DNA of 64,000 bases from Bacteroidota bacterium (GCA_039024435.1 JBCCQH010000011.1:11940-75939); one strand, 5' to 3'. Positions 26,943 to 37,557 are shown, counted from the stretch's first letter. Numbers and translations: made by a program. The notes: a model not told the origin generated them from the sequence alone.

Positions 26943-28493
26943 TCATCTCCTTACCCGAAACGTGGGGCGGCCTTCTTCGCGCTTGGGGAAGAGGCGGCGG
27001 ACCACGGGGCCCAGAACACGGATCGTGACCCGCTGGAACGCGGGGATTTTCCACAGGTAATACAGTGGATTGAGGTAGAGCAACAGGCGCAAGAGCAGCC
27101 GCCAAATCTTCCAGAGCGTGCTGACACTGAGCAATTTGCTGCTGGATGAAGCGTCGTAGGTCAAAAACAAGGCCAGGGGCAGCATGACCAACACCGGCAA
27201 CCACACGCCGACCCAGACCGGCAAGACACTTTCCACCGCCATCTTTTTGCCCTGAATCATCAAGACATTGAAGGTCAGGTAAAAAACGATGGAAATGATG
27301 ATCGGAATTCCGGCGCCTCCTTTGCGGATGATCGCCCCGAATGGTGCCCCGATGAAGAGGAAGACCATACAGGCCATCGGCAGGGAATATTTCATGTGCA
27401 ACTCGATGAGGCGTTCGCGCTGCGACTTGTTTTCGCCCTCGATGATGCTGACGGCCTTGCTGGTCAGGTTGCGGATCTTGCGGGAATTGTCCAGGGCCCG
27501 GTCCATGATGCGCCGCCGCTTGTTTTTGGGAAACTGCGCGAGAATGCTCCCGGGAGCGTTTTTGCCTTCGTAGGGCTTCAGCGCCAGGAAGGCGGTGTCC
27601 ACCCGCGTCGATTTGGTGAGTTCAACCGCATACACGTCCAGTACCTCCTGCTTCACGACCTCGATACTGTCCACCGCGTCCTGCAACTCGCCCAGGTTCA
27701 ACATGTACTGGTGGGAACTGAAGGCTTCCTCTTCCGTTCGTTCCAGGGCAAATCCTTCCAGATCAAATCGATAAAACAAAGTGTCGTAATACAGTCGGAC
27801 AAATCCTTCCACCAGGTCAAATTTACCCCGTTGCTCCTCGGTCACTTCGTAGCTCACCCCGTCAAACAGCGTCATATTCATGTAGGTGCCGTAGGGATCC
27901 TTGCGCATGATCCCGGAATCGGCAAACACAAACCGCTGATTGCCGCGGCCCGAAGTGTGGTCGTAGATCAGGACATTGTAGAGCATGTCCCGGCTGACAT
28001 CTTTGCCCTCGATCCGGATCACATAGTTGTCGATGGCCGAGTTGAAGTGGCCCGGTTTCAGGGTAAAGGCCGGTTTCATCTGCTGTACATCGTACAGGAG
28101 GCTGTACAGCTTGAGATTGGACCAGGGAACAACGTAAGAGGAAAAGCCGAAGGAAATAAAGGTCAACACAATCGTGGCCGCCACCATCGGCCGCAGGATT
28201 TTGCGCAGGGCCAAACCGCTGGAGCGCATCGCCGCGAGCTCGTAGTTTTCCCCAAAGTTGCCCATCGTAAACAGGGAAGACAGCAATATTGAGACCGGCA
28301 GGGCAAAAATCATCTGGGCGACACTGGCAAAAAAGAAAATCTTGACGATCACAAAGGTTTCCAGCCCTTTGCCCAGCAGATCATCTTTGTAGCGGGCGAT
28401 GAACATCATCACCAAAATGAACAAAGCGATCAGGAAGCTCCTGATCAGGGGCCGAAAGTAAGACGCCAGTATGAAGCGATTGATGATTTTCAC
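26943..28493 (-). CDS. LptF/LptG family LPS export permease
   Basis: DDLLGKGL, GNFGENYELAAMRSSG, GAPFGAIIRKGG; multiple TM segments. Confidence 0.9.
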   Translation of the reverse strand: MKIINRFILASYFRPLIRSFLIALFILVMMFIARYKDDLLGKGLETFVIVKIFFFASVAQMIFALPVSILLSSLFTMGNFGENYELAAMRSSGLALRKILRPMVAATIVLTFISFGFSSYVVPWSNLKLYSLLYDVQQMKPAFTLKPGHFNSAIDNYVIRIEGKDVSRDMLYNVLIYDHTSGRGNQRFVFADSGIMRKDPYGTYMNMTLFDGVSYEVTEEQRGKFDLVEGFVRLYYDTLFYRFDLEGFALERTEEEAFSSHQYMLNLGELQDAVDSIEVVKQEVLDVYAVELTKSTRVDTAFLALKPYEGKNAPGSILAQFPKNKRRRIMDRALDNSRKIRNLTSKAVSIIEGENKSQRERLIELHMKYSLPMACMVFLFIGAPFGAIIRKGGAGIPIIISIVFYLTFNVLMIQGKKMAVESVLPVWVGVWLPVLVMLPLALFLTYDASSSSKLLSVSTLWKIWRLLLRLLLYLNPLYYLWKIPAFQRVTIRVLGPVVRRLFPKREEGRPTFRVRR

Positions 28494-28522
28494 TTACCTT
28501 TGGGCTTTATTGCCCTTCCTTC

Positions 28523-29128
28523 ATGCGTGATTCCCTTTTTGATGCTCAAGAACTCGATGTTCTGTCCGATGCCCGGTTCTTCGAATCGAAGCTGCGCATC
28601 GATGCTAAAATTACTTCGCTTTTTAGCGAATTGAAAGCGGGAATTGAAGCCGATATCGCGCAGACTGCGGATCGTCTTCCGGAAGGCTTTCCCCGCTCGG
28701 GCAGTCGGATCTACCGCGGCGAACACCACGGTCCCTATCCCTGGCGGGCGGTCGACTGCCCGGCGGGCTTTCACGGGCAAGATCACCTGGCGTTTCGGTG
28801 CCTGTTGCTGTGGGGCCATGCCTTCAGTTTTCATTTTTTTCTGCGGGGCAAATGGCTCACCCAGTACTTGCCCCGCATGCACACCCACTTTGCCGAACTC
28901 GCCGCCACCCAGCTTGAACTCAGCCGGCAGGACGATCCCTGGAAGTGGCGCTTTGACCGGGAAAGTCACCGGCCGCTGGCCGAGATAACTCCGGAAGAGC
29001 TGGACCAGCGCGCTACCGCTACTGGTTTCCTCAAGCTTTCCCGCCGGCACCCCCTCGCGGAGAGTGCAACCCTGGTCAAAACCGGGCGAGCTACTTGGCG
29101 AACCTTGCAGCGATGCCTGCTTGCCTAA
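28523..29128 (+). CDS. Hypothetical protein (resembles a conserved Bacteroidota family)
   Basis: RIYRGE...YPW...D.P..F....AFR.LL.WG..FS pattern. Confidence 0.65.
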   Translation: MRDSLFDAQELDVLSDARFFESKLRIDAKITSLFSELKAGIEADIAQTADRLPEGFPRSGSRIYRGEHHGPYPWRAVDCPAGFHGQDHLAFRCLLLWGHAFSFHFFLRGKWLTQYLPRMHTHFAELAATQLELSRQDDPWKWRFDRESHRPLAEITPEELDQRATATGFLKLSRRHPLAESATLVKTGRATWRTLQRCLLA

Positions 29129-29251
29129 GGCGATACGTCCGCAAAGCACAACGTTTGCGGTTGCTTCCCTACTTTCTTTCTCCCGCAGCGGACAACCGCT
29201 CGATTGCCCGCAAAAAATGGTGGTTATTGCCGTTGATTGATCGTTCAGCGC

Positions 29252-30049
29252 TCAGTCCTTCAACTCGTATTGGTCGGCGTCCAGCCAGGCCGGAAACCGC
29301 TGTCGGTATTCGTGCAAGGGGCCGTGGGCCAGCGATGCAGTCAGCAGGCGCGGCGCCCGAAAACCGTGGTCCAGCTCCCGGCCCTGATAGTCCAAAATCG
29401 CACTGTCTCCGCTGTATTCGATGCCATTGCCGTCGGTTCCTACCCGGTTGACCCCGATGGCGTAGGCTTGATTTTCGATGGCGCGGGCCTTGAGCAGGGC
29501 ATTCCAGTGCGCCGCCCGCTTGGCCGGCCAGTTCGCGACGTAGATCACCGCATCGTACCAAAGGCGGCCTTCCCCCTCGTGGTAGTTCCGCGTCCACACC
29601 GGGAAACGCAAGTCGTAGCAAATCTGGGGACAGATCCGCCAACCCTTCACCCCAAACGCCTGCAACCGTGTCCCCATCCGGTAAACCTGGTGCTCGCCAG
29701 CCATGCGGAACAGGTGGCGCTTGTCGTAGTGCATCCCCACCCCGTTTTTCGAGACGATGAGCAAGCGGTTGAAGTATTGGCCCTCTTCTTCAATGATGAG
29801 GCTGCCCACCACCACCGTTTCCAGGCGCGCAGCGGTGGCCTGCATCCACTGGATCGAATCCCCTTCCATCGTCTCGGCGAGCCGCGCCGGTTCCATGCTG
29901 AAACCGGTGGCAAACATTTCCGGTAAAACCACCAAGTCGTGCTTGCCTTCCTGTCCGGCCAGCATCTCCGTGGCGCGTTCCCGGTTCGCCGCCGGATCTT
30001 CCCAGGCCAAATCCATTTGCACCAAACCGATGCGAAGGTCGTCTATCAT
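29252..30049 (-). CDS. Nitrilase-family amidohydrolase (omega-amidase YafV-like)
   Basis: LPEMFATGF (Glu), YDKRHLF (Lys), ICYDLRFP (Cys), ARAIENQ. Confidence 0.92.
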   Translation of the reverse strand: MIDDLRIGLVQMDLAWEDPAANRERATEMLAGQEGKHDLVVLPEMFATGFSMEPARLAETMEGDSIQWMQATAARLETVVVGSLIIEEEGQYFNRLLIVSKNGVGMHYDKRHLFRMAGEHQVYRMGTRLQAFGVKGWRICPQICYDLRFPVWTRNYHEGEGRLWYDAVIYVANWPAKRAAHWNALLKARAIENQAYAIGVNRVGTDGNGIEYSGDSAILDYQGRELDHGFRAPRLLTASLAHGPLHEYRQRFPAWLDADQYELKD

Positions 30050-31695
30050 TGCGATTTTGCTTTGCGTGCGTTTTCAATTGCCCGGCGAGCGTCCTCCTTT
30101 TGCTTCTCCCGCAGCGCGATCAATTCTTCAATCGTCATCGTGGACCGATCCGGCCCCTTTTTGCCCTTGCGCTTGCGGAAAGGGATCCAGCCAAACAGCG
30201 TCTTGTAGATATTGTACCAGTTTTGCGAGTACATAATCTTCGAGTCGGTCGCCGATTGGTAGGTAAACAGCATCGCCAACGGAAACATAACGAGGATGGG
30301 TAGCCAAACCCCTACCCACACAGTGAGGATTTCGTCCCGGGCAAACTTTTTCCCCTGAATCATCAGGATGTAGAACAGGATAAAAAACAGGATCGAGAAG
30401 ATGACCGGCAGCCCGATGCCCCCTTTCCGAATGATGGCCCCGAGCGGCGCGCCCAGAAAGAGAAACACCAAACAGGAGGTTGGCAGCATCCAGCGGTTGT
30501 TTTGCTCGATTTGGAATTTGCGGATTTTAAGCTCCTCCCGGTCGATCCGGTCCTGGATGATTCCCGCGTAATTTTTAACCGAACGCGCTTGCTGCAAAGC
30601 TTTGTTCAACAGTTCTTCTCCATCGAGGTCAGGAAACCATTCGTGGACCGCTTTCTGAGAATCCGGCTCCAAGCGGCCATCCGCGTCGTAGGTACTGCTG
30701 TCAATCGCAATTGTCTTTTTCAAAGCGCTGTTCATGGCCGTATCTACGTGGAGGTACTTCCGGTTGTAGTCCTTGAGATCGGTGACGTACTTGTCCGTCC
30801 GGACGGCCATGCTATCGGTCGCAGCGTACAGCTCAAAAATGTCGAGCATGTAATGGTGGTTGGCAAAGGTGGTTTCGTCCGATTCTTCCAGGTCAAAGCC
30901 GGACAAGGCCACGCGGTACTGCAAGGTGTCGAAATAGAACCGCTGATACTGATTTTTCTTCTTTTGGTTGGGATCCTTGACCACACTTTCGTGAATCACC
31001 CCATCCCAAAGCGTCATCATGAGGTAGCCCGTCTCTAGGCTCTGGACCATCTTTCCCCGCTCCGCGAGGGTAATCCGGTTGTTGCCGACCTGATCGGTGT
31101 GATCGAAGATTTTGATGTTGTAGACGATGTCCGCTTCCCGGTCAATGTCGGTGCAATGGATCACCATTCCGTCCACGCCGTTGTAAAAGTGCCCCGCTTT
31201 CAGGGCAAAGGTTGGCTTCACGTTGCTCACGTCAAAGATGAGCGTGTAGAGTTTCAGATTGGCCTGGGGCATAATGTAAAAAGAGAACAACAAGCTGAAA
31301 ATCGTCGTGACCAATGTGATGTTCGTGAGCGGCGCCATGGTCCGAAACAAGCCGATGCCCCCCGATTTCATCGCCGCCAGTTCGTAGCGTTCCCCCAGAT
31401 TGCCCATCGTGAGCAGGGAGGACAAAAGTACCCCCAAGGGGATGGCCAGGGGAACCAGCGTCATGCACGCGTACAGAAATATTTTGCCCAAAACCGCCGC
31501 CTCAATCCCTTTTCCAAAAAGATCGTCGATGTATTTGGCGAGAAACTGCAACACCAGGATGAACAAGATTACCGTGAAGGCCGCCATAAAGGGCCCCACG
31601 TAGGCGCGAAGAATAAGTTTGTGCAGCCTTTTCAAATCTTTTGCGTGCTTTTCGTGGCGATGGGCAAAAATACTGTCCCGGAACAGATTTTTCAA
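30046..31695 (-). CDS. LptF/LptG family LPS export permease
   Basis: FILVLQFL.KYIDDL.GKG, GNLGERYELAAMKSGG, GAPLGAIIRKGG; exact start uncertain. Confidence 0.9.
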   Translation of the reverse strand: MKNLFRDSIFAHRHEKHAKDLKRLHKLILRAYVGPFMAAFTVILFILVLQFLAKYIDDLFGKGIEAAVLGKIFLYACMTLVPLAIPLGVLLSSLLTMGNLGERYELAAMKSGGIGLFRTMAPLTNITLVTTIFSLLFSFYIMPQANLKLYTLIFDVSNVKPTFALKAGHFYNGVDGMVIHCTDIDREADIVYNIKIFDHTDQVGNNRITLAERGKMVQSLETGYLMMTLWDGVIHESVVKDPNQKKKNQYQRFYFDTLQYRVALSGFDLEESDETTFANHHYMLDIFELYAATDSMAVRTDKYVTDLKDYNRKYLHVDTAMNSALKKTIAIDSSTYDADGRLEPDSQKAVHEWFPDLDGEELLNKALQQARSVKNYAGIIQDRIDREELKIRKFQIEQNNRWMLPTSCLVFLFLGAPLGAIIRKGGIGLPVIFSILFFILFYILMIQGKKFARDEILTVWVGVWLPILVMFPLAMLFTYQSATDSKIMYSQNWYNIYKTLFGWIPFRKRKGKKGPDRSTMTIEELIALREKQKEDARRAIENARKAKSQ

Positions 31696-31764
31696 TCACA
31701 AATATCACGCCACGATCCCGCCCACCGGGGATTTTCTGGCAAAGTGACCGCTTTCCTGGACAAC

Positions 31765-33507
31765 TCACCACTCTCCCAGCCAAAATCCGGGCCGAAAGTT
31801 GTAGATCGGCGCCTGGGCAAATTCCTTTTTTACAATCATGCAGTTCTCATTCGCCCAGAGAAATATGTACGGCTGCGCTTCATAAATCTTCTTCTGAATC
31901 TGGTAGGAAATCGACTTGCGGTTGTCGGGGTCGGTCGTGTTGTCGTAGGCCTCGATGAGGGCATCCGATTGCTCGTCGCCAAACCCGATAAAATTCGAAC
32001 CCGAACCGAAGTTCTTGCGGTGCCAGATTTGGGCGTAAGAATCTTCGTTGGGATCCGACACCCAAGCGCCCACCACCAGGTCAAAATCACCTTTTTTAAG
32101 GCGTTCAAGATAGTCCTTCCAGGGCAACTCAGTGACCGAAATCAAGATCCCCGCCTGCCGCGCCTGGGCCGCCAGGTGCTCCGCGATCAGCTTGCGCGAA
32201 GGCTTGTTCTCATTGTATATGATCTCCATGACGCACTCGACCCGCGCCCCCGAGAGGGTCTTGTCGAGAAATCCATTGCCGTCCGAGTCCTTCCATCCCG
32301 CCGCGGAGAGGATCGACTTGGCTTCCTCGGGCGCGTAGGGAATCAGCGCGAGGTCCCGATTGCGAAACTCCGGTCGGTAAGCCGGATACTCCGCCGCGAT
32401 CCGGGTTCCGAGACCGAACCGCACCTTGTCCAGCAAGAGGTCCACCTGCACCAAGCGTGCCAAGGCCCGGCGCACCTCTAGGTCGGCCAGGACCGGGCTG
32501 CGGCCCCGCTCCTCCCCTCGGATATTCATCCCGATGTACTCGTAAGAATACTGGGGCGGCGAATGGAACACGTACATGTCCCGCAACTTGGGAATGTCAC
32601 TCAGTTCAAAATACAGATTGGGCTGAACCGAGGTGTACACGTCGACACTCCCCTGAAAAATCGACGAGCGCACCCGGGCCTCGTCTCTGAGGATGCGAAA
32701 CTCAATCGCCGCTGGATTTTGCTGGAAAAACATGTGGTCCGCGCCCGCCTTCCGGCCCCAAAATTTCTTATTGGAGGTCAATTCAATGTTCTTTCCGCGC
32801 CGCCAAGCGGACAGCAAATAAGGACTGCAGGTCGCATCATTGTTGAAAGATTCGCCGGAAATACCGAATCCATTGACCCGCTCGGCGATCAGCTTGAGCA
32901 CGGCTAGCTTTTCCGCCGCGATCTGCGAGGGATCCGCGAGGTCGGCAAAGGCAATCTCCGCCATCTGATTTTCTGGGTCAAAATAGTTCCGGGACAGCAC
33001 CGCAAAGTCGCCGGTCACCCGCAAGCCCTGCGCGCTGGCCTGCTTCAGGCGAATCTGTACCTCGTAGTCACTCCTCGCTTCGGCCGCTTGGATCACCGCG
33101 TAGTGGCTGCGCTTCTGCGAATTGTTCACGTAGGGGTTTTTGACCAGCTTCAGGCTGAAAACCACGTCCTCCGCCGTGAGCTTTTTCCCCGAATTGAAAC
33201 GGGCCGAAGCATCAATCTTGTAAGTGTAGGCCAATCCATCCGCCGAAACCTTCGGCAACTCGTAGGCCAGCAGCGGGACAAACTTGCCCGAACTTTTTTC
33301 CACCCGCAACAGCGAGTAAAACAGGTATTCGTTCAAATAGGAGCCGGTTGCGGAAAAATTCGTCAGCGGATTCAGCTTATCTACGTCGGAAGACTCCCCG
33401 ATGACCAGCCGTTCCATTCCCTGCCCAACCGCCAGCACAGGCAGCAAAGCGATCCAGCCCGCCAGCGCCCAGCAGGCCCAGCTCCATTGATATTGCCACT
33501 TTTTCAT
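31765..33507 (-). CDS. ABC transporter substrate-binding protein, family 5 (peptide/nickel)
   Basis: LNP, PLLA..P.VS.DG..YT, LTAEDVVFS, VRRALA, AGWKDSDGNG. Confidence 0.88.
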   Translation of the reverse strand: MKKWQYQWSWACWALAGWIALLPVLAVGQGMERLVIGESSDVDKLNPLTNFSATGSYLNEYLFYSLLRVEKSSGKFVPLLAYELPKVSADGLAYTYKIDASARFNSGKKLTAEDVVFSLKLVKNPYVNNSQKRSHYAVIQAAEARSDYEVQIRLKQASAQGLRVTGDFAVLSRNYFDPENQMAEIAFADLADPSQIAAEKLAVLKLIAERVNGFGISGESFNNDATCSPYLLSAWRRGKNIELTSNKKFWGRKAGADHMFFQQNPAAIEFRILRDEARVRSSIFQGSVDVYTSVQPNLYFELSDIPKLRDMYVFHSPPQYSYEYIGMNIRGEERGRSPVLADLEVRRALARLVQVDLLLDKVRFGLGTRIAAEYPAYRPEFRNRDLALIPYAPEEAKSILSAAGWKDSDGNGFLDKTLSGARVECVMEIIYNENKPSRKLIAEHLAAQARQAGILISVTELPWKDYLERLKKGDFDLVVGAWVSDPNEDSYAQIWHRKNFGSGSNFIGFGDEQSDALIEAYDNTTDPDNRKSISYQIQKKIYEAQPYIFLWANENCMIVKKEFAQAPIYNFRPGFWLGEW

Positions 33508-33594
33508 AATCCGTTCCAATTCCAAATCGCTGCTCGAACGCCGTCTTGATTCAAACCTGCGATCTTGCTCGCGCAGAATTAAATCCACCGCCGT

Positions 33595-36500
33595 TCAAAG
33601 CTTTTGCAGCATCTTTGTCCGGAGGCGATCTCCGTCCTGCACCTTCAGCAAGTAACGTCCGGCCGGCAGAGCCGCCAGCCCAATCGTACCCTGCAATGTT
33701 CCCTTGCCCCCCGTCACCGCGCAATCCTGCGCCCACACCCGACGGCCTTGCAGATCAAACACCGCCAGTTGCACCACGGCACCAGATAGTCCTTCCAGCG
33801 CAAAGTTAAAATCACTTCCAGAGGGGTTCGGCCAGATGCTCATTCGCTCCATCTGCGTGACCTCCCGCCCCACGGTGAGCCCATCGGTCCAGAAGTGATG
33901 TTCAAAAAACCGCCCAAATTCCGGCTCAAAAGCTTCCCGCAGGGTGCCAAATTCCACAAGCCGCGCGTAGCCCTGCCCGTTCTGCGGGTAGAACCAGTAG
34001 TACAACCCATTGTCCGCCACGTCGTCAAAGCGCAACTTGTAACACCCCGCCGGGAGATTCAAGTCCTCGATCAAGGTCAGATTCGGCCCCAGGAAAATCG
34101 TGTTTTCCGCCACGATACTGTCGTTTTCGTCGTAGACCTTCCAAGTCGTTTCGTTGCCGTTGTTGTTCGTACGCCAGTTCACCGACAGCCCTCCACTGTA
34201 CACCGCCCAGGGTTCGTAGGCAGAATAAAAGACATCGTTGTCGGTCTGCTCATCGGTGCCGCCATTGGGCTGGGAGATCCGGACCTCAAATACATTGGCG
34301 GTGCCGCCGTTCCAGAAGGTAGGATTGCTCAAGGGCAGGATCACCTCCTCGGTCTCGCGGAAGGCCAGACTTCCCGTCCAAGAATAACTCACCGGGGTTC
34401 CGCCCCGCACGTTATAACTGAACTCCAGGCTGGTGAGCGGGGTGCTGCCTTCGTTTTTGATGATGACCGTCGGCTGCGAGCAAGCCGGATTGAAGCGCGC
34501 GTAGCGGGAGCGGTCGGAGGGCACCTTGACCTTTTCGATGGCCGCATTGAGCGCAAAGTTTTTCGGACCGTACCCGACCAGCAAGTGCGAGGTCAGGTAG
34601 CGGGTATCGCCCGGATTGCCGATGTTCTGAATGCCGTACTCGACATTGATCGTATCGCCAGCTTGGGCCAAACTGTCCAGCGGAAACTCCTGCAAATCAG
34701 TCGGGTCGCCCGGACACCAGCCAGAACGATCAAACAGCCAGGTGCCGCCCTGCGGATACACCGGGACATCGGCGCATTCCTTCCAAACCGTCCAGTTCCA
34801 TTCTGCCGGACCCTGGTCGATGTTTACAAAGTGGTCGCGCGGGATAAATTCCCCCTCCTGCCCGTGACCGGTGATCATCGTGCGGATCTTCCATTCGGAT
34901 TCATTCGCCGGCAAAACCACGTCGCGCGGCTCCATGATGCGGTCGGCGGCGTAATTTGCGTAATTGTTGCCCGGCTGGCCCAAGGTTCCAGTGAGCGGCC
35001 AGACATTGCGGATACTTTTGACCTCGCGCGGCGGCGTACCCTCAATGAGCAGAAACTTGATGTCCATTTCCTCCTGGTTTTGCCCGCCCCGGTGCAGGTA
35101 CATGTAGACCGGCCCGTGCAACACCGGCGCAAAATCGGTCACGTCAAACTCCCACATCTCCCCGGTCGGTCCCAGGTCCAGCCCATTGCCGTAAGGCGTC
35201 ACAAAAGACATGAGCTCCAAGTCCATGAAGCCTTTGCGGAAATAATTGAACGAATTGATGGCCAGGCTCGAATCGACCGCCGGCGCGACCGAATCGATTA
35301 CATTGCCCTGAGCATCGTAGACGTACTGCATCGTGGCCGCCCAACCGGAAAATGTCCCCAAAGTGTCCAGATCACTGCCGTTCAACCCAAACTCCGTGAT
35401 GATATTCGGGTCGAAAGCAATCGAGTCCACCACCGGCAGCGCGTTCAGCGTTTGGTTGTAAACTCCACGCAGAAAAGTCGTTCGGGGCCGATCCGCCGTT
35501 GGGACCAGCGCCTTAAAAATGTCCCTCCCCGCAAGGTGATCGCTGAACGGCCCACCGAACTTGAGACCGGTGCGGTTGCCGGGCGTAGCGTCCCCCGCCG
35601 GCTGACTCGCCTCCTCATCGAAGCGGTAATAGAGGAACAATCCACTTTCGTTGCCGGCGAGGCGGCGCAAGCGGTTGTCCTGGATCTCGGTTGCCGTCCG
35701 CACCGTGTTCCAGACCCGGAATTCATCGATGTGGGCCTCCACGCGGTTGTTGGCATTGCGGTTCTCCCCGACGGTAAGGTCTTGCACCAAATTGTCCACC
35801 GTGCCGTTCAGCGTCGCGACATTGACCCCGTCCAGGTAGAGCGTCGTGGTCTGACTGGCACTGTCGAGGGTCACCGCTACGTGCTGCCAGTCGCCCGTGA
35901 TCGGCCCAAAATTTCCGGTTTGGTTATCGCCCAGCAAGCGGATGTTATCGTTGCCATCCAGGTCGATCTGGAAATCGCGACCGGTATTCCCGATGTTGAA
36001 AAAACTTTTGTACTGGCCCTGCCCCATCCTCGTCACGCGGGCGTAGAATTCGACCGTCATCTGGGGAAAGGAAACATTCCCCCCACTGGGCGTCCACACG
36101 ATGCGGTCATCCACCCCGTCAAACTTGCAAAACCGGTCCAGGCCCACCGAGTGGACCCCAGCGGAAAATGCCTGGGCATCCTTGCGCACACTGTAATTGC
36201 TCCCGGGACCATTCAGATCGTACGAGAACTCTACGAGCAGATTGTCCGTGCCATTCCAATTGAAGGCCTGGAAGAAAGGCAGCGTCTGCAACCCGGTGCC
36301 GGGAAACTGCGTGCTCAGAAAATAGACATCCTGCCACGCTGGACCATCGGGGACGATTTCGGTGAGGGCATTTCCCGAATAGACCCGCAGGCGCACGCGC
36401 AGGTAGCGCAACTGACTCCCGAGACTCGCCAGATCGAGCCGCATGCCCGTGATCGGACCGGCCGTGAGCCCCGCCCCCGTCAACTCAGAAGCCCGCCAGA

Positions 36501-36996
36501 GAAACTGACTTTTCGCCGCGGGAATGCTCGCCTCAAACGGGGGAGCAAACGTTCCTGCCCCCACCCCGAAATCGTAAGCCGATTCCGAGACCACCGAGTT
36601 GTACACCATTTGGTATTGGGTGTCCGCGATGAACGCGTAAGTCGGGACAAAGGTATAGTCAAAAGTCGCACCGGAAAATCCAGTCACCGTATGCGTCGGG
36701 TGTTCCAGCCGGGCCGAATCCACCTGACTCGAATCCCGGATCACCGTATTGCAACTGTAGTCCCATTCCCGACAACCCGTATTGCCATTGCCCACCGCTG
36801 CATTGTGACACCGCATCCGGTACTGCATGATGATTTTGCGGTAAGTCTGACCAGTATCGGCGGGGAACTGCCAAGTGCCCGCCCGGGCGGTCGAATCAAA
36901 TGTCAGGGTTTGCACCACCGTCGTATCCTGGGCGTTCAGGAGACCAATCGGGCCCCCCAGCAGGACCAACCAAAGGAGAGTTAAATTTTTGCGCAT
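33595..36996 (-). CDS. Peptide-N-glycosidase F-related protein with LamG insert and T9SS type A CTD
   Basis: CREWDY, FVTPYGNGLDLG, DVTDF, ITGHG, EF, QGGTW..DRSGWCPG; LamG (WQHVAVT..LYLDG..IDEFRVWN); IWPNPS..DLQGR..G.YLL CTD. Confidence 0.88.
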   Translation of the reverse strand: MRKNLTLLWLVLLGGPIGLLNAQDTTVVQTLTFDSTARAGTWQFPADTGQTYRKIIMQYRMRCHNAAVGNGNTGCREWDYSCNTVIRDSSQVDSARLEHPTHTVTGFSGATFDYTFVPTYAFIADTQYQMVYNSVVSESAYDFGVGAGTFAPPFEASIPAAKSQFLWRASELTGAGLTAGPITGMRLDLASLGSQLRYLRVRLRVYSGNALTEIVPDGPAWQDVYFLSTQFPGTGLQTLPFFQAFNWNGTDNLLVEFSYDLNGPGSNYSVRKDAQAFSAGVHSVGLDRFCKFDGVDDRIVWTPSGGNVSFPQMTVEFYARVTRMGQGQYKSFFNIGNTGRDFQIDLDGNDNIRLLGDNQTGNFGPITGDWQHVAVTLDSASQTTTLYLDGVNVATLNGTVDNLVQDLTVGENRNANNRVEAHIDEFRVWNTVRTATEIQDNRLRRLAGNESGLFLYYRFDEEASQPAGDATPGNRTGLKFGGPFSDHLAGRDIFKALVPTADRPRTTFLRGVYNQTLNALPVVDSIAFDPNIITEFGLNGSDLDTLGTFSGWAATMQYVYDAQGNVIDSVAPAVDSSLAINSFNYFRKGFMDLELMSFVTPYGNGLDLGPTGEMWEFDVTDFAPVLHGPVYMYLHRGGQNQEEMDIKFLLIEGTPPREVKSIRNVWPLTGTLGQPGNNYANYAADRIMEPRDVVLPANESEWKIRTMITGHGQEGEFIPRDHFVNIDQGPAEWNWTVWKECADVPVYPQGGTWLFDRSGWCPGDPTDLQEFPLDSLAQAGDTINVEYGIQNIGNPGDTRYLTSHLLVGYGPKNFALNAAIEKVKVPSDRSRYARFNPACSQPTVIIKNEGSTPLTSLEFSYNVRGGTPVSYSWTGSLAFRETEEVILPLSNPTFWNGGTANVFEVRISQPNGGTDEQTDNDVFYSAYEPWAVYSGGLSVNWRTNNNGNETTWKVYDENDSIVAENTIFLGPNLTLIEDLNLPAGCYKLRFDDVADNGLYYWFYPQNGQGYARLVEFGTLREAFEPEFGRFFEHHFWTDGLTVGREVTQMERMSIWPNPSGSDFNFALEGLSGAVVQLAVFDLQGRRVWAQDCAVTGGKGTLQGTIGLAALPAGRYLLKVQDGDRLRTKMLQKL

Positions 36997-37242
36997 AGTT
37001 AATCGGGACTTGAACCAGTAGTTTGACTGGCTTCAATATAGTCATCCGCCACGAGAATTTCTATCGGGTTCCGGGCGTCCTGCATCCTTTTTGGCCCGCC
37101 AACCCCAGATTTTGGGGTGGCGATTTTGTTATCTGCACACTCAACCTGCTTGGTGAAATCTGCCCCTTTCCGGATTCCGCTCCCCCCCCTTGGGTCCGCC
37201 CGATATACCGGTGGAAGGTGTTTTTCGGTTTAACTTTTGCCG

Positions 37243-37364
37243 GGGGCGGCCGCCGACCCTCCACCTGAGCGTCGGCACCAGGCTGTTCCGGGAGTTCGCG
37301 GGGCTCCGTCCCGCCGGTCTCAAAGACCGGCCCGACCGCGGTCCCTCCCATCCTTGCCGCAGGA
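37243..37364 (-). repeat. Structured dispersed repeat, copy 3
   Basis: Same cores, with an extended variable hairpin CCGGTCT-CAA-AGACCGG. Confidence 0.75.
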
Positions 37365-37557
37365 ACAGCACCCCATTGGCCCCGTGGCCGCCTCGGTGCA
37401 AGTTGGCCAACTAAAATGCAGGGCGCACATTCGCCCAAAACCCTACCCCATTGATCCAGCCCCGCTGTCCGACCCAAGATCCGTTTCTCTTTTCCGGAAT
37501 GGCAGCGTAAATTACCCCCCGAACAATTGACAAACCGATGACCAAAACCATCCTCCC

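Noticed and set aside
33895-36984. 1029-aa ORF on the plus strand
   Set aside because: Antisense shadow of the PNGase F-like gene
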